A stretch of DNA of 64,000 bases from Convolutriloba macropyga (taxonomy: Eukaryota). The number at the start of each line of letters is the position of its first letter. The first letter of the stretch is position 1. The translations under genes and the position numbers were made by a program. The notes under the pieces are model-generated. The model searched no databases and was not told the origin of the DNA. It saw nothing but the letters and a program-made list of their open reading frames with translations. Positions 1-13,236 of this stretch are shown here, in pieces. The stretch is from the NCBI RefSeq assembly GCF_964194025.1, contig NC_134481.1, positions 31,124,001 through 31,188,000 on the forward strand. The letters are read 5' to 3'.

Positions 1-109
1 CGATTGATAAACCTTGACAATTTTTTTTTCAAAGCGGGTAAAGGCATTTTTCTCAGTTTTAAAGAAAAATCTGCGAAGAAAAACACAAAAAGCAGAGAAA
101 TGTTCCTTA

Positions 110-715
110 AATCAGAAAATTTCAAAAGACACAATTTAGTTTTCTGACTACATATCCCTTTGAATTGAGGCAAAACCTATTAAACCATTCTTCTGAATTG
201 GGTTTCGATCAAACAAAAGCCACTTTTATCGATACATATCAGCATTATATAAATGAGAAGTGTCAGAAAAATTTTTGTTTGAATTCAGAAAATTCAAAAG
301 CACAATTTAGTTTTCTGAATACATATCAGTTTCAATTGCGGAATGAACCATGAAACCACTCTTTTGAATTGACTTGTAATCAAACAGAAAGCTATTTCCA
401 TCGGTTTATCAAATCAGTATCATATCAATAAGACATGTCAGAAAAAATTTTTTGAATTCAGAAAATTCAAAAAACACAATTTAGTTTTCTGACTACACAT
501 CCGTTTCAATTGCGGAATAAACCATTTAACCATTCTCTTGAGTTAGTTTGTAATCAAACAGAAAGCTATTTCCATCGGTTTATCAAATCAGTATCATATC
601 AATGAGAAATGTCCGAAAAAAACTTTTTGAATTCAGAAAATTCAAAAAACACAAGGTTTTTTCTGAATACATATTCATTTGAATTGCCGAATAAACCACT
701 AAACAAACCCCTGAA
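110..715. repeat. Tandem repeat, about 174-bp unit, about 3.5 diverged copies
   Basis: The unit anchor GAATTCAGAAAATTCAAAA recurs at 281, 454 and 629 (a degenerate copy at about 110), each followed by similar CACAATTTAGTTTTCTGA...AATCAAACAGAAAGC blocks. Confidence 0.9.
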
Positions 716-1822
716 ATACGTCATTGCCAGTCGGTTTGATAGTTGCACCTGCATAGGGAAGTAGATAGGCGCCACACCAAATATCAAAACTTTCCTTTGA
801 CGAAAATAAATACCATTTTAATTTTTTTCGGAAAAAACTTCCAAAACTTGATTTTTTTGCAGAAGTCCTCGGTCTCAGACGTTGCCGTCTGTTAAATCCC
901 TATATTTGTATTGGTTTCAGACGTTACCATCAGCAGAAGAGGAGTTTTCGAAGAAAACTGGTTCCAGTAGTCACCAGAAAATTTTATGTTTTTTTCCTAC
1001 TTTCAATTTTTTTGAAAGGCAGATCTCAGACATTATCTGTCGGAGAAAACTTTGGAAGTGTAGTACAGTCTATGCATATTAAGGACAACGAAGAAAGAGT
1101 GAAAAACACCAGATAAAGTCACACAGTTTTAAAGAAATCGAAAAAATTTTTGCAAAACCTGAAAAAAGACAAAACACCAAAGAGTTCTAAAGATTTCCAC
1201 AATATGACCCGTGTCTGCAATTTTTTAGCATTTAGTAGCCCTTATGCTCTTGTCTTTAGCTCTTGTTGCCTAAACGCATTGCTTTTCTACAAATTTCTTA
1301 TCTTTAGCCGTCACAACAACAATAAACTCCTAGAAAAAGAACAGGTTTCAAAGTTATAAATTCGCAAAAAACTGTGACAGGTATCTATTAATCATAGTGC
1401 TCGGTTAGGGCTGGGGAGCTAAAGAAAAGTTTCTTGGGTAGTTGTGTAAGTTTCTGATTGGTATTTTTTTCGTATTCGAGAGAAACAGACGAGTTTATTG
1501 AAGTTTTCAAGAAAAAGGAGTTTAATGTAACAATTATTTGAGTTCGGGTCTAATATTGGTTCAACTGCATAATTGTAGCAAAGCACAGTTTTCCTATCAA
1601 CCACAGTAGCCATACACACTTGTTCAAACAGTTAAAGCCAGCTATTTAAGCAAAACTTGTGTTAAATGAACAAAAAACAAGCAATTATTCAGGTCTTTTG
1701 AACGAAAAACGGTTAAAGCGCGCGAACGTTCGGAAAAGCTTTTAGGTTTTTTTAGTGCAAAAAGCCATATTTAGCAGACAAACCACATCCTAGGACAACA
1801 CTTTTGGGAAAAGTTGCGTCTA

Positions 1823-4800
1823 TGGTCTTTTGAACAAAAAAAACTAGGATCATTAGCATTGAAACCTTAGACAACCTTTTTTAAATCAAAAATTTGCGTC
1901 GCTCCGGTTCTCAAAGCCATTTTTTCACCTTCAGTAACGAGATTATTCACCAACAGCATCAACAATCAGCTTCAACAAATCAGCAGCCACCAAGATGTCG
2001 AAGCAGAACAGCGCTGAATGTCAGTTTGCCATCAATATATTCAAAGCGACAGAAATGTCAATGAAGAAACTGCTCGATCTCCTTGAGAAAACTGTGGAGC
2101 AGAAAAGGAGTTTCCGATCATTGTCTTTGATGGTCAACAAGATCAAAGGCCAGGAAGCAGAGCTCAGGAAACTCTCAGAGGAAGTGATGAGACAGCAGCC
2201 ACATCAAACCACTGAATCATCCATATTGAATAGGCAAACGACATTAATAACTCGACTCAATGAATTGGAACTGCAAGTCGATCTGTTAGACGATGATGGC
2301 CAGCTCAGTCAGTCTTCCAGTCGCATTAGAGATGATTTTTGCATGATCTCCAGCAGAAGAAACTTGTCTCGGCAATCAACACCTGCGCCCAGTGACGACA
2401 AGGAACGAATCCAGCATCAGCGCGACATAGAAGAAAAGCAGACCAGCAGTAACATCTTCAATCAGCTGCCCCCAATACCACCAGGGCTAAGACAACCATC
2501 ATTGTTTCTACAAACATCTAATGAACCAGGACTTAAAAATCAACATGTGCTTGAAGCCCACCAAAGAAGTCCTAGAAAGGAAGTTCATGAAAATCTTCTA
2601 AAATCGAAAAATAACCTTGAAAACCAAACAAATGCTCCCAATCCTTTTCCCTACTTTGAGATAGATACCAGCCAGGAATTAACATCTCTAACAAAATTAG
2701 GGAAACTCCAAATTGCCTCCAATCGGGTAAATAGAGATGTCCGCGAAATCGAAACAGCTCAAATCAACTTGAGTGACAACTTTAAAACGTCGCGGAACCT
2801 TTTGCCTCCAATCCAAAATTTGAAGCTTTCAAGTAATCACTCACTTTCAATTTGGCAGATCGAACTATTCAATTGCATGCAAATGGTCTATTTGCCCAAA
2901 ACTCGGCATTGGAGGAGACCTTTATTTTAAACTTGCCAAAGCAAAGAAACAATCAGGACTCAAATGCCAACAGAAATCCTCAAAATCATAATTTTCCCAA
3001 TCTGCAACAGAATTTTGGACCTTCTCAAGTTCAAAGGGGAATAAACTGTGATCTGCAAAATCTCCCATGCTTACCCACAGTGGCAAACAGAACCTCACAT
3101 CTTCCAAGTAAAACTGATAAAATTGTCGCAGAAAACAATTGCCTACAATCCAATCAATGTATTAATCCTATAACTGGGGTACACTTCGCAAGTGTCTCTC
3201 CAACTACCGTGCAACTCATGGAACAACCGCATCAAAGTACCGTCTTAAATCCTGCAGCTCCTAATTTTCTGCCAAACCAGGTAGCTTCACAATCTCTGCA
3301 ATTTCCACAACCTGTGAACAGTCAACACGGCCTCGTAAGCACAGGGCTCTGTTAATAAAAATGATTCACAACAACACTTCCAATACAGACACGCATCGTA
3401 TAACCTACTTGCAAAATTCTGCGTGTGGGAAAGCAAAGGAATTGATTCATGCTTACTCCTGCGATCCATCTTATTATCAGACAGCACTGAATGAACTAAT
3501 CCTGCTTTTCGTTGATCGTACTAAGGTTCTAAATGCGTTCCTTAACCAGCTCAAAAACTGGCAAATGAAGTTCCAAAACAAGCAAAGCTTCATTGCCTTT
3601 TCCTAATTTTTGAAAAGACTTGTGCAAGCCTTCCTATACCTTGGCTTTACAGCAGACCTCCAGTCTACAACACACATTAAGAAAGCCAAAGAGAAAACAC
3701 TACATCATATGGTTCTGAAATTGACTGAACATTGTCTTACCGAGCTCAGCTCAGACCAAACTCTTGTGGATTTTGAACAATGGTTAGAGTTCCAAGCTCA
3801 AATCTACGACAAAGTGAGTCGAGAAAGCAATCAAAGAACCACCAGTTCTCAAGCCTCAAAGTTTGTCAACTCGAACACCCTGCAAACCAAGCCTTACATT
3901 AGCAACCTCCCATTGTCATTCAACAACGCATCAGCGGAAAACATTAGAAAACATTGGAACTTTTCGCCTCAGCAAAAATAACCGTTAATTTCACAAAACG
4001 TTCCGAATAAAACTTTTAACGATCTTCAGAGAAGTGCAAACAAGAACACAGCTTTGCCACATGCCCTGAGTATCAGTTGTGCTCACCAGGTGATCGATAC
4101 AACCTTGTCAGCCAAAACAATTTGTTTACAAACTGCTTAAGCAACAAACACCACAAACAATCGTGCCCATCGCAAAAACGATGTCAGGTTTGCAATGGAT
4201 TCCACCACACAACTCTTCATGATCCTGCCAAGCAGATCAAACGCCTTATATCAAGCAGCTTTTTCTACTGAAGCTGTTTTTGGTAGCAATCCAACAGCTT
4301 CGTCTAGTAGTAAAGCTTCAAATCAAAATTTAAATACATCTTCTCAACAGAAAAGTCAAACAAAGAAAGCCCCCAACAGCCGTTATGGCCAAACTTTCAA
4401 CAACCAAAACAGCCAACAAACCGTGTAACAACGTAGTTTAAACGGCAATGCAATTAACCAATCGTTCAGCATTAACCAATGCTCAGAAACACCGAAATAT
4501 TGGTATGAGCAATTGCAGCTTATTCCTGTTTCATTCCTCAAGGGGGATAAAGCATTCGATACCTACGCCCTCATAGACCCCGGTAGCCAATTCAGCTTTG
4601 TATTGGACGCCATAGCTGATTTTTTGAGATTCCACGTGAAACTCCACAGTAAGTACCACTACAATTTCTCAATACAGAGAACAGCATGTCCCTCTCAAAA
4701 ATTGTTGAGCCAGTCACAATAACTCCAGATAAGTCAACTGAAATATCGTTTGAACTCTCTCGAAATTTCAGTACCCCGTCCCTGAACGTTGCAGCTGCAA

Positions 4801-7800
4801 ATATTTTTGAACTTAATCAAATTTGTGCTGCCTTCAAGAGTTTGCGCCACATACATTTCCCAAATATTGCCAATGGCAAAATCAGCGTCCTCCTCGGTGT
4901 TAACGCATTCACTTTCACCTACCCTACACATGTTATTCCTGGCAATCAAAATCAACCGTATGGTGTCAAAACTAAACTTGGTTGGACCCTCGCCCGTGAA
5001 TATGAGAATTGTATCTCAGCCACCACACAGCAGCCCTCAAGTCAGCAGAAGAAGAAATTTATTTTCCATGTGTCAAGAAACAGAACTGATGAACCCGGAC
5101 TTGACGAACTTGTTCAACAGTTCTGGAGTATTGCAGCAGATGGCACTCAGATTGACCGTGAACAAGTTACAACAAAACAAGAAGAACAGTTTCTTGAAGT
5201 TTTGAAGAACTCCATCAATCAGAATGGTGAGAGATATGGAAATCAGAAATAAAGTTGGAAAACAACTTCTATTCTGCACTGAACCAAGTCAAAAGCCTCG
5301 ACACACACCTTCAACGTAAACCTTTGTTGCAAGAAAAATACAATAAGACTCTCTTGACAGACCTTGAGAAAAACTATATCAAACCGGTGGAAATGCAAGA
5401 TCCTCAACCAGACAGAATTTGGTACCTGCCAGTCCGCCGAGTTGCAATAACCACTTCAAAATTCTGCGGCCAATCGCTTAATTCAAACCTTCATACAGGA
5501 CCTTAATCACCTTTTAGGTGTCCTGATGAGATTTCGAGAACATACGTTGCAGTCCTTGCGGACATCGAAGGCATGTTTATGCAATTCGCCATTCATCAGA
5601 TTGATTAATCTGCTCTTCGATTCCTCTGGTCAGCAGACAAACAAATACAACAATACCAATTTACCAGACTCATCTTCGGAGCAAATTGCTCGCCTTCGTG
5701 CGCAATATCCGTTCTTAACCATTATGCCAAAAAGAACAGTCAACAATTCCCAGAAGCCCTCAAAGCCGTCAGAAAGCACTTTTACATGGACGACTACATC
5801 CAATCACATGCAACAGAAAAAGACGCTTGTAAGGCAGTTCTTGAAACAAAACATTGTCTAAAAACAAGTGGGTATCGACTCAATCAATCAGCTCTATAGT
5901 CCTAAACAAAATCCCTCCAGAAGACAAAGACAACCAGACAGATATTGTTCAAGTTCATGGTGTTGAATGGAATCTGGAGAAAGAATGCTTTCTTGTAAAA
6001 CCTCTCACTGATTTCCAAAAAGATGCCTTAGCGTACACTCAACGTAAGATCATTAGTCTTGTCTCCTCGATCTTCGACCCAATAGGGATAATGTCGCCAT
6101 CAACGATCCGTTTCAAAATAGTTCTACAAGAAATGTGGAAACTTGGGAAAAAAGGGGACGAACAAATTGCCCCTCAAGTAGTTAAACCACTTCAAAAGAA
6201 TTTGGACTTAAACTTTTCTTCACCAGAAGTGACATTGAACAGGACTCTCAATAAGAGCTGCCGTTCACCTGAAAGTGAAAATGAAATCCATATATTTGTC
6301 GACGCCTCAGCTGTAGCAGCTGCAGCCGTTGCATACTTGCAAACAGTTCCTAACTTAGCCACTGATGTTGAAACTTTTTACTTAATAGGCAAATGCAAAG
6401 TTGCTCCAATTAAACAAATCAGCATACCCAAAATAGAGTTGGAAGCTGCAGTCATCGGAGTGCGCCTTCTTTCAACCATCATGAAAGAATAATCATTTCA
6501 CATTACTCGCTCTACACTCTGGACAGATAGTCAAAAAGTACTTGACTTGTTATCCACAACCAAGAAGCAATCTGTTTTTGTTGCGAATCGCCTCAAAGAA
6601 ATCCTTGCATCAACTGATGCTTACTAATGGAAACACGTTACCACCAAAGAAAATCCAGCTGACCACGGGACACGTGGTCTCAATCCAGACGAAATTCCAG
6701 CCAAGTGGCTAACAGCGCCAGCATTTCTTTCCACAAGACAGCTCAGCGCTCCTGAAAACTCTTCAAAGCATGTGTTAGCAACGCATGAAATTTCACGCAA
6801 TTTGTCGGAGCAAATAATCGACCCGACACGGTTCTCAACTTGGAACAAGTTTCTCCTGAATTTAGCAACAGTCTTCACTTTGGTCTTTCGCATCAAAAAG
6901 CAAAGGCCTAAGGATCAGCAGTATATAACAGAAGACGTCATTCTTGCAAGAAATCGGCTGATCAAAGTGTCGCAGCAAAATTTCTTCTTCTCAACAATCC
7001 AAGCCTTGAAACGTGGTTCCAGGATAGATTCAAAGTTTAAAATCCGTTCCCTCAACCCATTGTTGGACAACAATGCAATACTTCGGTCATGCGGAAGATT
7101 GCAATTTGCGCCAGATAACCGCGAATTCGAAAAATTTGCGATTATACTGCACGCAAAAGACAAGATAGCGAGACTCTACATAGAGCTTGCACATAACATT
7201 TGCGTTCACCGAGGAACAGAGCCAGTGAAAGCTTTTGCGCAGCAAAGATACCAAATCATTGGACTCAGAAAAACACTTTTGAGTATAAAGTACAGATGTT
7301 TTCTCTGCAGACGATTTGCCGCTCAAAACATTTAACCGGTCGTGGCTCCCCTCCCTGCCTACCGTTTCCCGATAGACTCTACCCAGTATCCTTTCGCGAA
7401 CAGCGGCGTCCACTTTTTTGGACCCTTTTATATAAAAGATGCCAAAGGACAGATTGAAAAATACTACGGCCTCATCTTCACTTGCCTGGTTACTAGGTGT
7501 GTCCATCTGGAAGCTTGTCCCGATCTCAACACTGACACTTTTCTAAACGCCTATCGACGTTTTGTAAGCCGCAGATGCCAGCCAACATCATTGCTCAGCG
7601 ACAACGGCAAGACATTTATTGGTGCATCTGAGGAACTAAAGAGATCTGTGAAACGTCTCGACAACGAAAAAATCTACGAGGCAATGTCAGCAACGAACAC
7701 AACCTGGAAGTTCAATCCTCCCTATGGATTTCATTTTGGTGGTATTTAGGAGCGCTTGATCCAGACCGCAAAACGCACTCTATTGATCATTCTAGGCTCC

Positions 7801-8540
7801 AGAAGATTGTCGCATGATGTGTTCAGGACAATTTTGGTCGAGACCGAAGCTATATTGAGCTCCAGACCCCTAACCATTGTCGCTGACCTTCCAGAAAATG
7901 AAATGCCTCTCACGCCAAACCATTTTCTAATCAACAGACCGTTCAACTCTCTCCCACCACGAAAGTTCGACAGCCAAGAACCCTCCAGTTTCAAGTCTTG
8001 CAATAACGTGCAGCAAATGCTCAACCATTTCTGGAAGCGACTCGTCAAGGAGTATCTTCCGACACTGTTAAAGAGGTACAAATGGAGCGATAGTGACCAA
8101 ACACCACTCAGAGTCGACGACATCGTTTGGATTCTGAAAGATTTGACTCCACGTGGAATTTTGCCCCTTGGACGTGTTCTCGAAGTCTACCCTGGACGAG
8201 ATGGACAACACCGTGTGGTGAACGTGAAACGGCTTACGGCACGTACGTTCGCCCGGTCTCCGCGCTCGCACGCGTTTTGGCTGATTAGCCCAGTTTTTTT
8301 TTCTTGACCGTTTTTCGAAACGTTTTTCTAGGCAACTTGGGTTACACCCTCTTCGACGATCCGGTCAAAAGTATGTGATGAGTTATTTGGCCCCCTCTTT
8401 CGCCTGGAGCATGTTGTGCAACAATCAAGTCAGAAGTGAAACTTGAAAAAACATTGACTTTTGTCCTTATCGCAACCAAAACGAGTTGGTTGTTCCCGCA
8501 ACTTGAAACTGATATAAAAGCTTTGTAAACTGTCGAGAAC
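1823..8540 (+). mobile_element. Decayed BEL/Pao LTR retrotransposon (gag-PR-RT-RH-IN), with many stops and frameshifts
   Basis: BEL-type Zn knuckles (NCLSNKH..SCPSQKRCQVCNGFHHTTLH, about 4130-4220); protease YALIDPGSQ (about 4564); KTKLGWTL; RT WYLP and ADIEGMF; YMDD at 5783; RNase H IFVDAS and KCKVAP; NPADHGTRG; integrase H..H..CFLC, SDNG, PLTPNHFL and the C-terminal PRG..PLGRV..VYPG.DG. PBS-like TGGTCTTTTGAAC at 1823; putative 3' LTR start TGTTG at 8412. Outer boundaries are uncertain. Confidence 0.93.
1995..8307 (+). pseudogene. BEL/Pao gag-pol polyprotein pseudogene
   Basis: Chain of ORF fragments from 1995..2930 to 7756..8307 in shifting frames that follow the order gag-PR-RT-RH-IN. The first integrase Asp reads His (GVHFFGPF), and the conserved HHPV..NKPGK segment of RT is missing. 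Confidence 0.9.
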
Positions 8541-8974
8541 AATGTAATTGAATCCTTATCTACATTCTCTTACACTTGTTATATGCCTCTTTTAAAAAAA
8601 AATTTCTAACGGTGTTTTTTCGAATAATTTAAATCACTGGAAAGCCCTGCATTTGTAAAGAATTAGGTTAGAAATGAGCCAAACTTAGGCAGAAATTATG
8701 CAATAGTTAAACTGAACTTCTCACAATAATTGCGTTCAAAATGTGCTGTTGTCTCGCCGCAGGTTAAGTTACAAATAACCTTCAATGTTTCAGTATTTTT
8801 TGATCAATTCTATAAAATTTAAGATTGAAGTTGTCAACTCATCTTCATGTAGATTTGTGCAGAACCAAAAAAGAATTAGTTCTCTGCAAAGATCAATTCA
8901 AAGCTATTTACAGAACGTCAATATGAATTGTTTAATTTATTTTACACGATAACAAAAGTGTACTAATAAAGTAT

Positions 8975-10579
8975 CTAATCTCCTTCGGCTATTGTATTCC
9001 ATTGTCTTCGGTTGTTTGGGTTTTCCCTTCTGGGGTAACTTTTACTGAAATATAACGTTGACCCAAGTCCGAATAGCCCTCCAACCACAAGAAACCCAAC
9101 CTCGCAGAAATTTGCCGGCTCATAACTCCAGTTTTCAAGCACAAATCCACCGGAAATTGCGCTTCCAAGAATTCGCCCAGTCATGATATTGACCAGAACC
9201 CAAGCAGAAGTTATTGATTTGATCGTTGAAGAATCGACATTGTCTAAATGAACCTCTACTAAGTCGTTTACGATGAAGAATCCGGTTACGTAACCCGTGC
9301 AATAACACCATCCAATCACAGCGAGGCAAAACATTATCAAGTATTTATTATGTAATTCTTCGAGTTCCATGGAAAGGCCCATCAAACCAAAACCGATAAT
9401 CCCCAAATAAGGTCCAGTTAAATACAGAAGCCATTTGAAACTTTTTTGGGTCAATTTAGCGACAATTGGGGAAATTAACACGGAAAATGAAGCTGTAATT
9501 ATAAAATACAGAGCAGCGTCGGCTGTTGATATATCGTAATAAAATTGCAAAAATGGACTTAAAAAAACTCCTAAAAATCCGACAGTTGACGCCGACGCGA
9601 CGAACGGTAAACTCGTGACAATTATAATGGGATGTCTGAACAAGTCCAAAACCGACACACTTTTCGTCTCCGAATTCGACAAAAGCGGCGAATTTTCCCC
9701 AAGTTCTGTAGTAGTTGCTGTACGTTGGGGTAATGCGGGTTGAGCACTGTCTTCAGTTTGTCGGGTTTGGGTTTCATTTTCTTCGTTCTGGGCTTCGTCA
9801 GTTGATATAGCTGAATAAGTCATGGGGTCTCTTTCCGCGTATGGGGGTGGCGGGTCTTCGAAATCGGGTGACTCGATTTCGTCTTCTTGATGAGTCTGTA
9901 TGTTTTCATGTGCCCGAATTATGAACAATGCGAAAAACGCCATCACAACTTTAATCAGACCCGGAAAGACAAAGGGCATCGCAAAACCCTGCCACTCAAA
10001 AAGCCAGCTGCCAATCGCGGGCCCAAAAACAATTCCCACTGCGAAAGCATTTTCGATGTAGGCAGCTACCAGAGTTTTTTGATAAGGGTACCAGCTGATG
10101 GCCAGAGGAACAAATGTAAACCACGCCAGCGACGTTCCAGCCCCCATTAGTAATCTTAAAACAAAGCACCCCACAAAAAATCGGGCCTTTTTATCCACCA
10201 TATCCATACAACCAAAAAACACGCCGCAAATCCCGTGAACAAAAACCGCTAGTATGAACAAAGATTTAGTATCTACTGGTCTTATCCGTTGGGGTAAAAC
10301 CAAACAAGATATAACACTCGCGAAATCATAAGCTGCTGAAATGAACCCTATCGAAGTTGCGGTCAATTCCTTCTCTAGTTTGGCGATTGTTGGAAAAAAT
10401 GGTCCCATTTGTGAGGCTATTATTCCGGCGAGGAGGAAAAATAGAAGTCCATAAAGGTATGAACAAAGTTTGAACAGTTCATTTTTGTTTTTGGGACAGC
10501 AGATTGGAGCAATTTCAGCTGATCTTGATGCAGAGCTGTTCGATGATCGACTTTCGCTGTCAGAGTCTTCGGAGTCCAT
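8975..10579 (-). CDS. MFS-type transporter, SLC18B1 (vesicular polyamine transporter)-like, intronless, 534 aa
   Basis: Uninterrupted 534-codon ORF with about 12 hydrophobic segments in two bundles separated by a long acidic loop. MFS/SLC18B1-type motifs: GPFFP, GFISAAY, LRLLMGAG, ENAFAVGIVFGPAIGSWLF..GF.MPF. Confidence 0.9.
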   Translation of the reverse strand: MDSEDSDSESRSSNSSASRSAEIAPICCPKNKNELFKLCSYLYGLLFFLLAGIIASQMGPFFPTIAKLEKELTATSIGFISAAYDFASVISCLVLPQRIRPVDTKSLFILAVFVHGICGVFFGCMDMVDKKARFFVGCFVLRLLMGAGTSLAWFTFVPLAISWYPYQKTLVAAYIENAFAVGIVFGPAIGSWLFEWQGFAMPFVFPGLIKVVMAFFALFIIRAHENIQTHQEDEIESPDFEDPPPPYAERDPMTYSAISTDEAQNEENETQTRQTEDSAQPALPQRTATTTELGENSPLLSNSETKSVSVLDLFRHPIIIVTSLPFVASASTVGFLGVFLSPFLQFYYDISTADAALYFIITASFSVLISPIVAKLTQKSFKWLLYLTGPYLGIIGFGLMGLSMELEELHNKYLIMFCLAVIGWCYCTGYVTGFFIVNDLVEVHLDNVDSSTIKSITSAWVLVNIMTGRILGSAISGGFVLENWSYEPANFCEVGFLVVGGLFGLGSTLYFSKSYPRRENPNNRRQWNTIAEGD

Positions 10580-13062
10580 GTTTAAAGATGATCAGAACGA
10601 AATGTAAAAGTTTAATAGATAATCGTATTAAGTTTTAAAATAATTGTGAATCACAATTCGTAACTATGAAATCACGAAGCAATGTCAAGTTATGTATGTG
10701 GAGATTTTCGATTCAAAACTAATATTATCGTTTTGAGGTTGTAAAAATTTATTCACAATCCGAACTTAAATCTCGAAAGCCCAGTTTAATTTTTTATGAA
10801 TTGAGAAATTCTTAAATTTGCTTCCACAAATCAAGCTCTATTGCTATCGCTTTGGTGTACAATTGCAGCGATATCACCGAATTTGAGGAATTTTCTAGCC
10901 CCGATATAAAATCGAAACTCAAACTGAAGTAATTTTCATTTATATTAGATAGATTGACAATAACTACAAACAGGTTTGAATGAAAAATTTTGAAAATCGG
11001 CTTTTTCAGTCTCAACTATTAACAATTTTATGAAAACAACAGACCATAAACTTCAATTTTACTCCATCATAGTCGCTTAAAAAGTAAAAAATGAAAATTA
11101 TTAAAACACAGATTGATACAATTATAAACTGAACTAACACGCACGGCTTCGAATACATCAAGAGCTCTAAATTATCAGTACGAAAGTTGCTGTTCACTTT
11201 TTGAGATGAACTCATTTTCTGCTCAATTTTTGGCACGAATAAACATTGGCGTGCTTATTTACTTTTTTCACTGACGAAAAAGATTGTATTTTTCAGCTTT
11301 TTTTGCGTTAACGAAAGCAAAATTAAAGCTGTGCATTTACGTAAGTTATTATTGTTTGCATTTTTATTTAATTATTTGAAAATTATCTGGAGTGAGTTGA
11401 AGTTTTTGCAGACGTGAACTAGTTTGAAAAGTTATTATTGGTAGCAATAACTGAAAAACAAAAGTACTTTTTCAACCTTCTATATTGAATTTGGGTACTG
11501 GTTTTGTTCATTTTAACTTAAACTCACTCAAATTGCAAAAAAAAACAAAATATTTGTCGCAGGTTGGTTAGAAAAAAGTAATGAAGAAAAAGAATTGAAA
11601 AAATCAAGTGATAAAAAACGAAAAATGAGACACATGAACAGTAGATCAGTGCTGAAACAGGACAAGTACAAGCAATAGAGAGCTGGAGAAAAACCTGATC
11701 AGACTGTTTTTTACGCTTCACAGAGCTGGTTCAAAGGAAGATCTCTGTCGCTGCAATAAGCGAAGGCTGGAATGCCAGAGTAAGATCACTCATAGAAAAC
11801 TCTGATAAAAGCATTTTCAGAAAAAAATAATAATTTTCTGAAATTAACTCTGCGCAGAGTATTAAAGAACGGAATTAGAAAAATTTTAATCGAAATTGAG
11901 AAAAACTTTTGCGAGAGATTTTGCGAGATTGTTTTTTAGCTTCATTAGAAGTTGCGAACTGAAGCTCAGTTTTTGGTATTTTTTTCTGTATTCTGGGGGA
12001 ACGAAAGACAGACCAAGGTATCTATATTTTTGAGAAAATAAAAAGTTTGTATCTAAGGGGCAAGAAAAGACTCTAAATATTAATCTTTCTCAGGAATCTA
12101 CCAGAAATTTTTAAAATAAACAATCAAATTGAATGAAGCGGTTTGAGATAGTTTTTGAAGAGCAACTAACAAGTAAAAACGAAGTTCTTGGTCAGTTTGT
12201 TACCAATCAACATGTATAATTGGCTCTTAAAAATGAGTTTTAGCATTGTCAGTTATTTTATTCTTCAGGTATCAACGTATTTCTCAAATATTGCAATGAA
12301 TCACGTCATGTGACTATGTTTTCGCTTGTAAACTAGGTTTGGCTATAAAGTAAGTGTTCAATGTAAAAAATCAAAAATCCAGTGGCCAAGGAATCCATTG
12401 TAACTGAGATATATCTAATTTTTCTGATAAAACAAAATTTTTTGGTCAATTTTACTGTCAACTCATTGTATTGACTATATCGTAACAACCGTGAAATGTT
12501 TACTTTAGATTCAGAAATTTCTAAAATTAGAAAATACAAAAACTGTTTTTTTTAGCATTTCAAACATCAAAAGCTTCTTTTTTGGGAAACTGTTAGTGGT
12601 AAAGCTTCACTTGATGTCGGTCAGATTACCTGGGCAGACCACCCAAAGTATTCATGCACTGAACCTGCCTATTTCAACTATTTCAGTATTAAATAGCAAA
12701 GCAGTACCAAACAGACTTATTTGGATCAGAAAAGGTGGTCATTTGGTCCAGATAAGAACCAGCTCAATTTCTCAGATTGTTCAGAGTAATTCCGTAGAAT
12801 AAACAGTTTTTTGAAAATTTTGAAGAAGATGAAACTGTTTGACCATTTCAAATATGCAAGAAAAATGCATACAAAATGCGTCCTGTAATAATCAAAATTA
12901 TTAAACTAAGTACATCTGTCAAACATAGCTTTACCGGTATACTTGCATTCTGCCACTATTTGCAATTTTGTTATTTCCTGCACTTCTGCTGTGTTTACCT
13001 CTATTCTTCTGTTGGGTGTATATTTATTTCTTCTGCATTGTCTTTTCAATTAACAGAGATCT

Positions 13063-13236
13063 GATGTAGCATGGTGTGGGTATGTGTTTGGGGTGATGTA
13101 ATACAGAGCGGGTATTCGTGTGGTTTGATCTAATATTGTGTGGGTGTGCCTGTGTCGTGGTGCAGTATGATGTGAATATGACTGGTGTGATGCAGTATGA
13201 TGCGAGTATGGCCGTGGTGTGATGTAGCATGGTGTG
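13063..13236. repeat. Degenerate pentanucleotide (TGNNG-like) minisatellite
   Basis: Periodic GATGT/AGCAT/GGTGT/GATGC/AGTAT units; these produce the His/Thr-rich spurious minus-strand ORFs. Confidence 0.75.

Noticed and set aside
926-975. Minus-strand LLEPVFFENSSSAD followed by a GT donor, resembling a cadherin linker
   Set aside because: In-frame stop immediately upstream and no usable acceptor.
12629-12682. Short minus-strand candidate exon encoding VQCMNTLGGLP as cadherin exon 14
   Set aside because: Purine-rich acceptor, no conserved Asp, and no following exon found; possible but unsupported.
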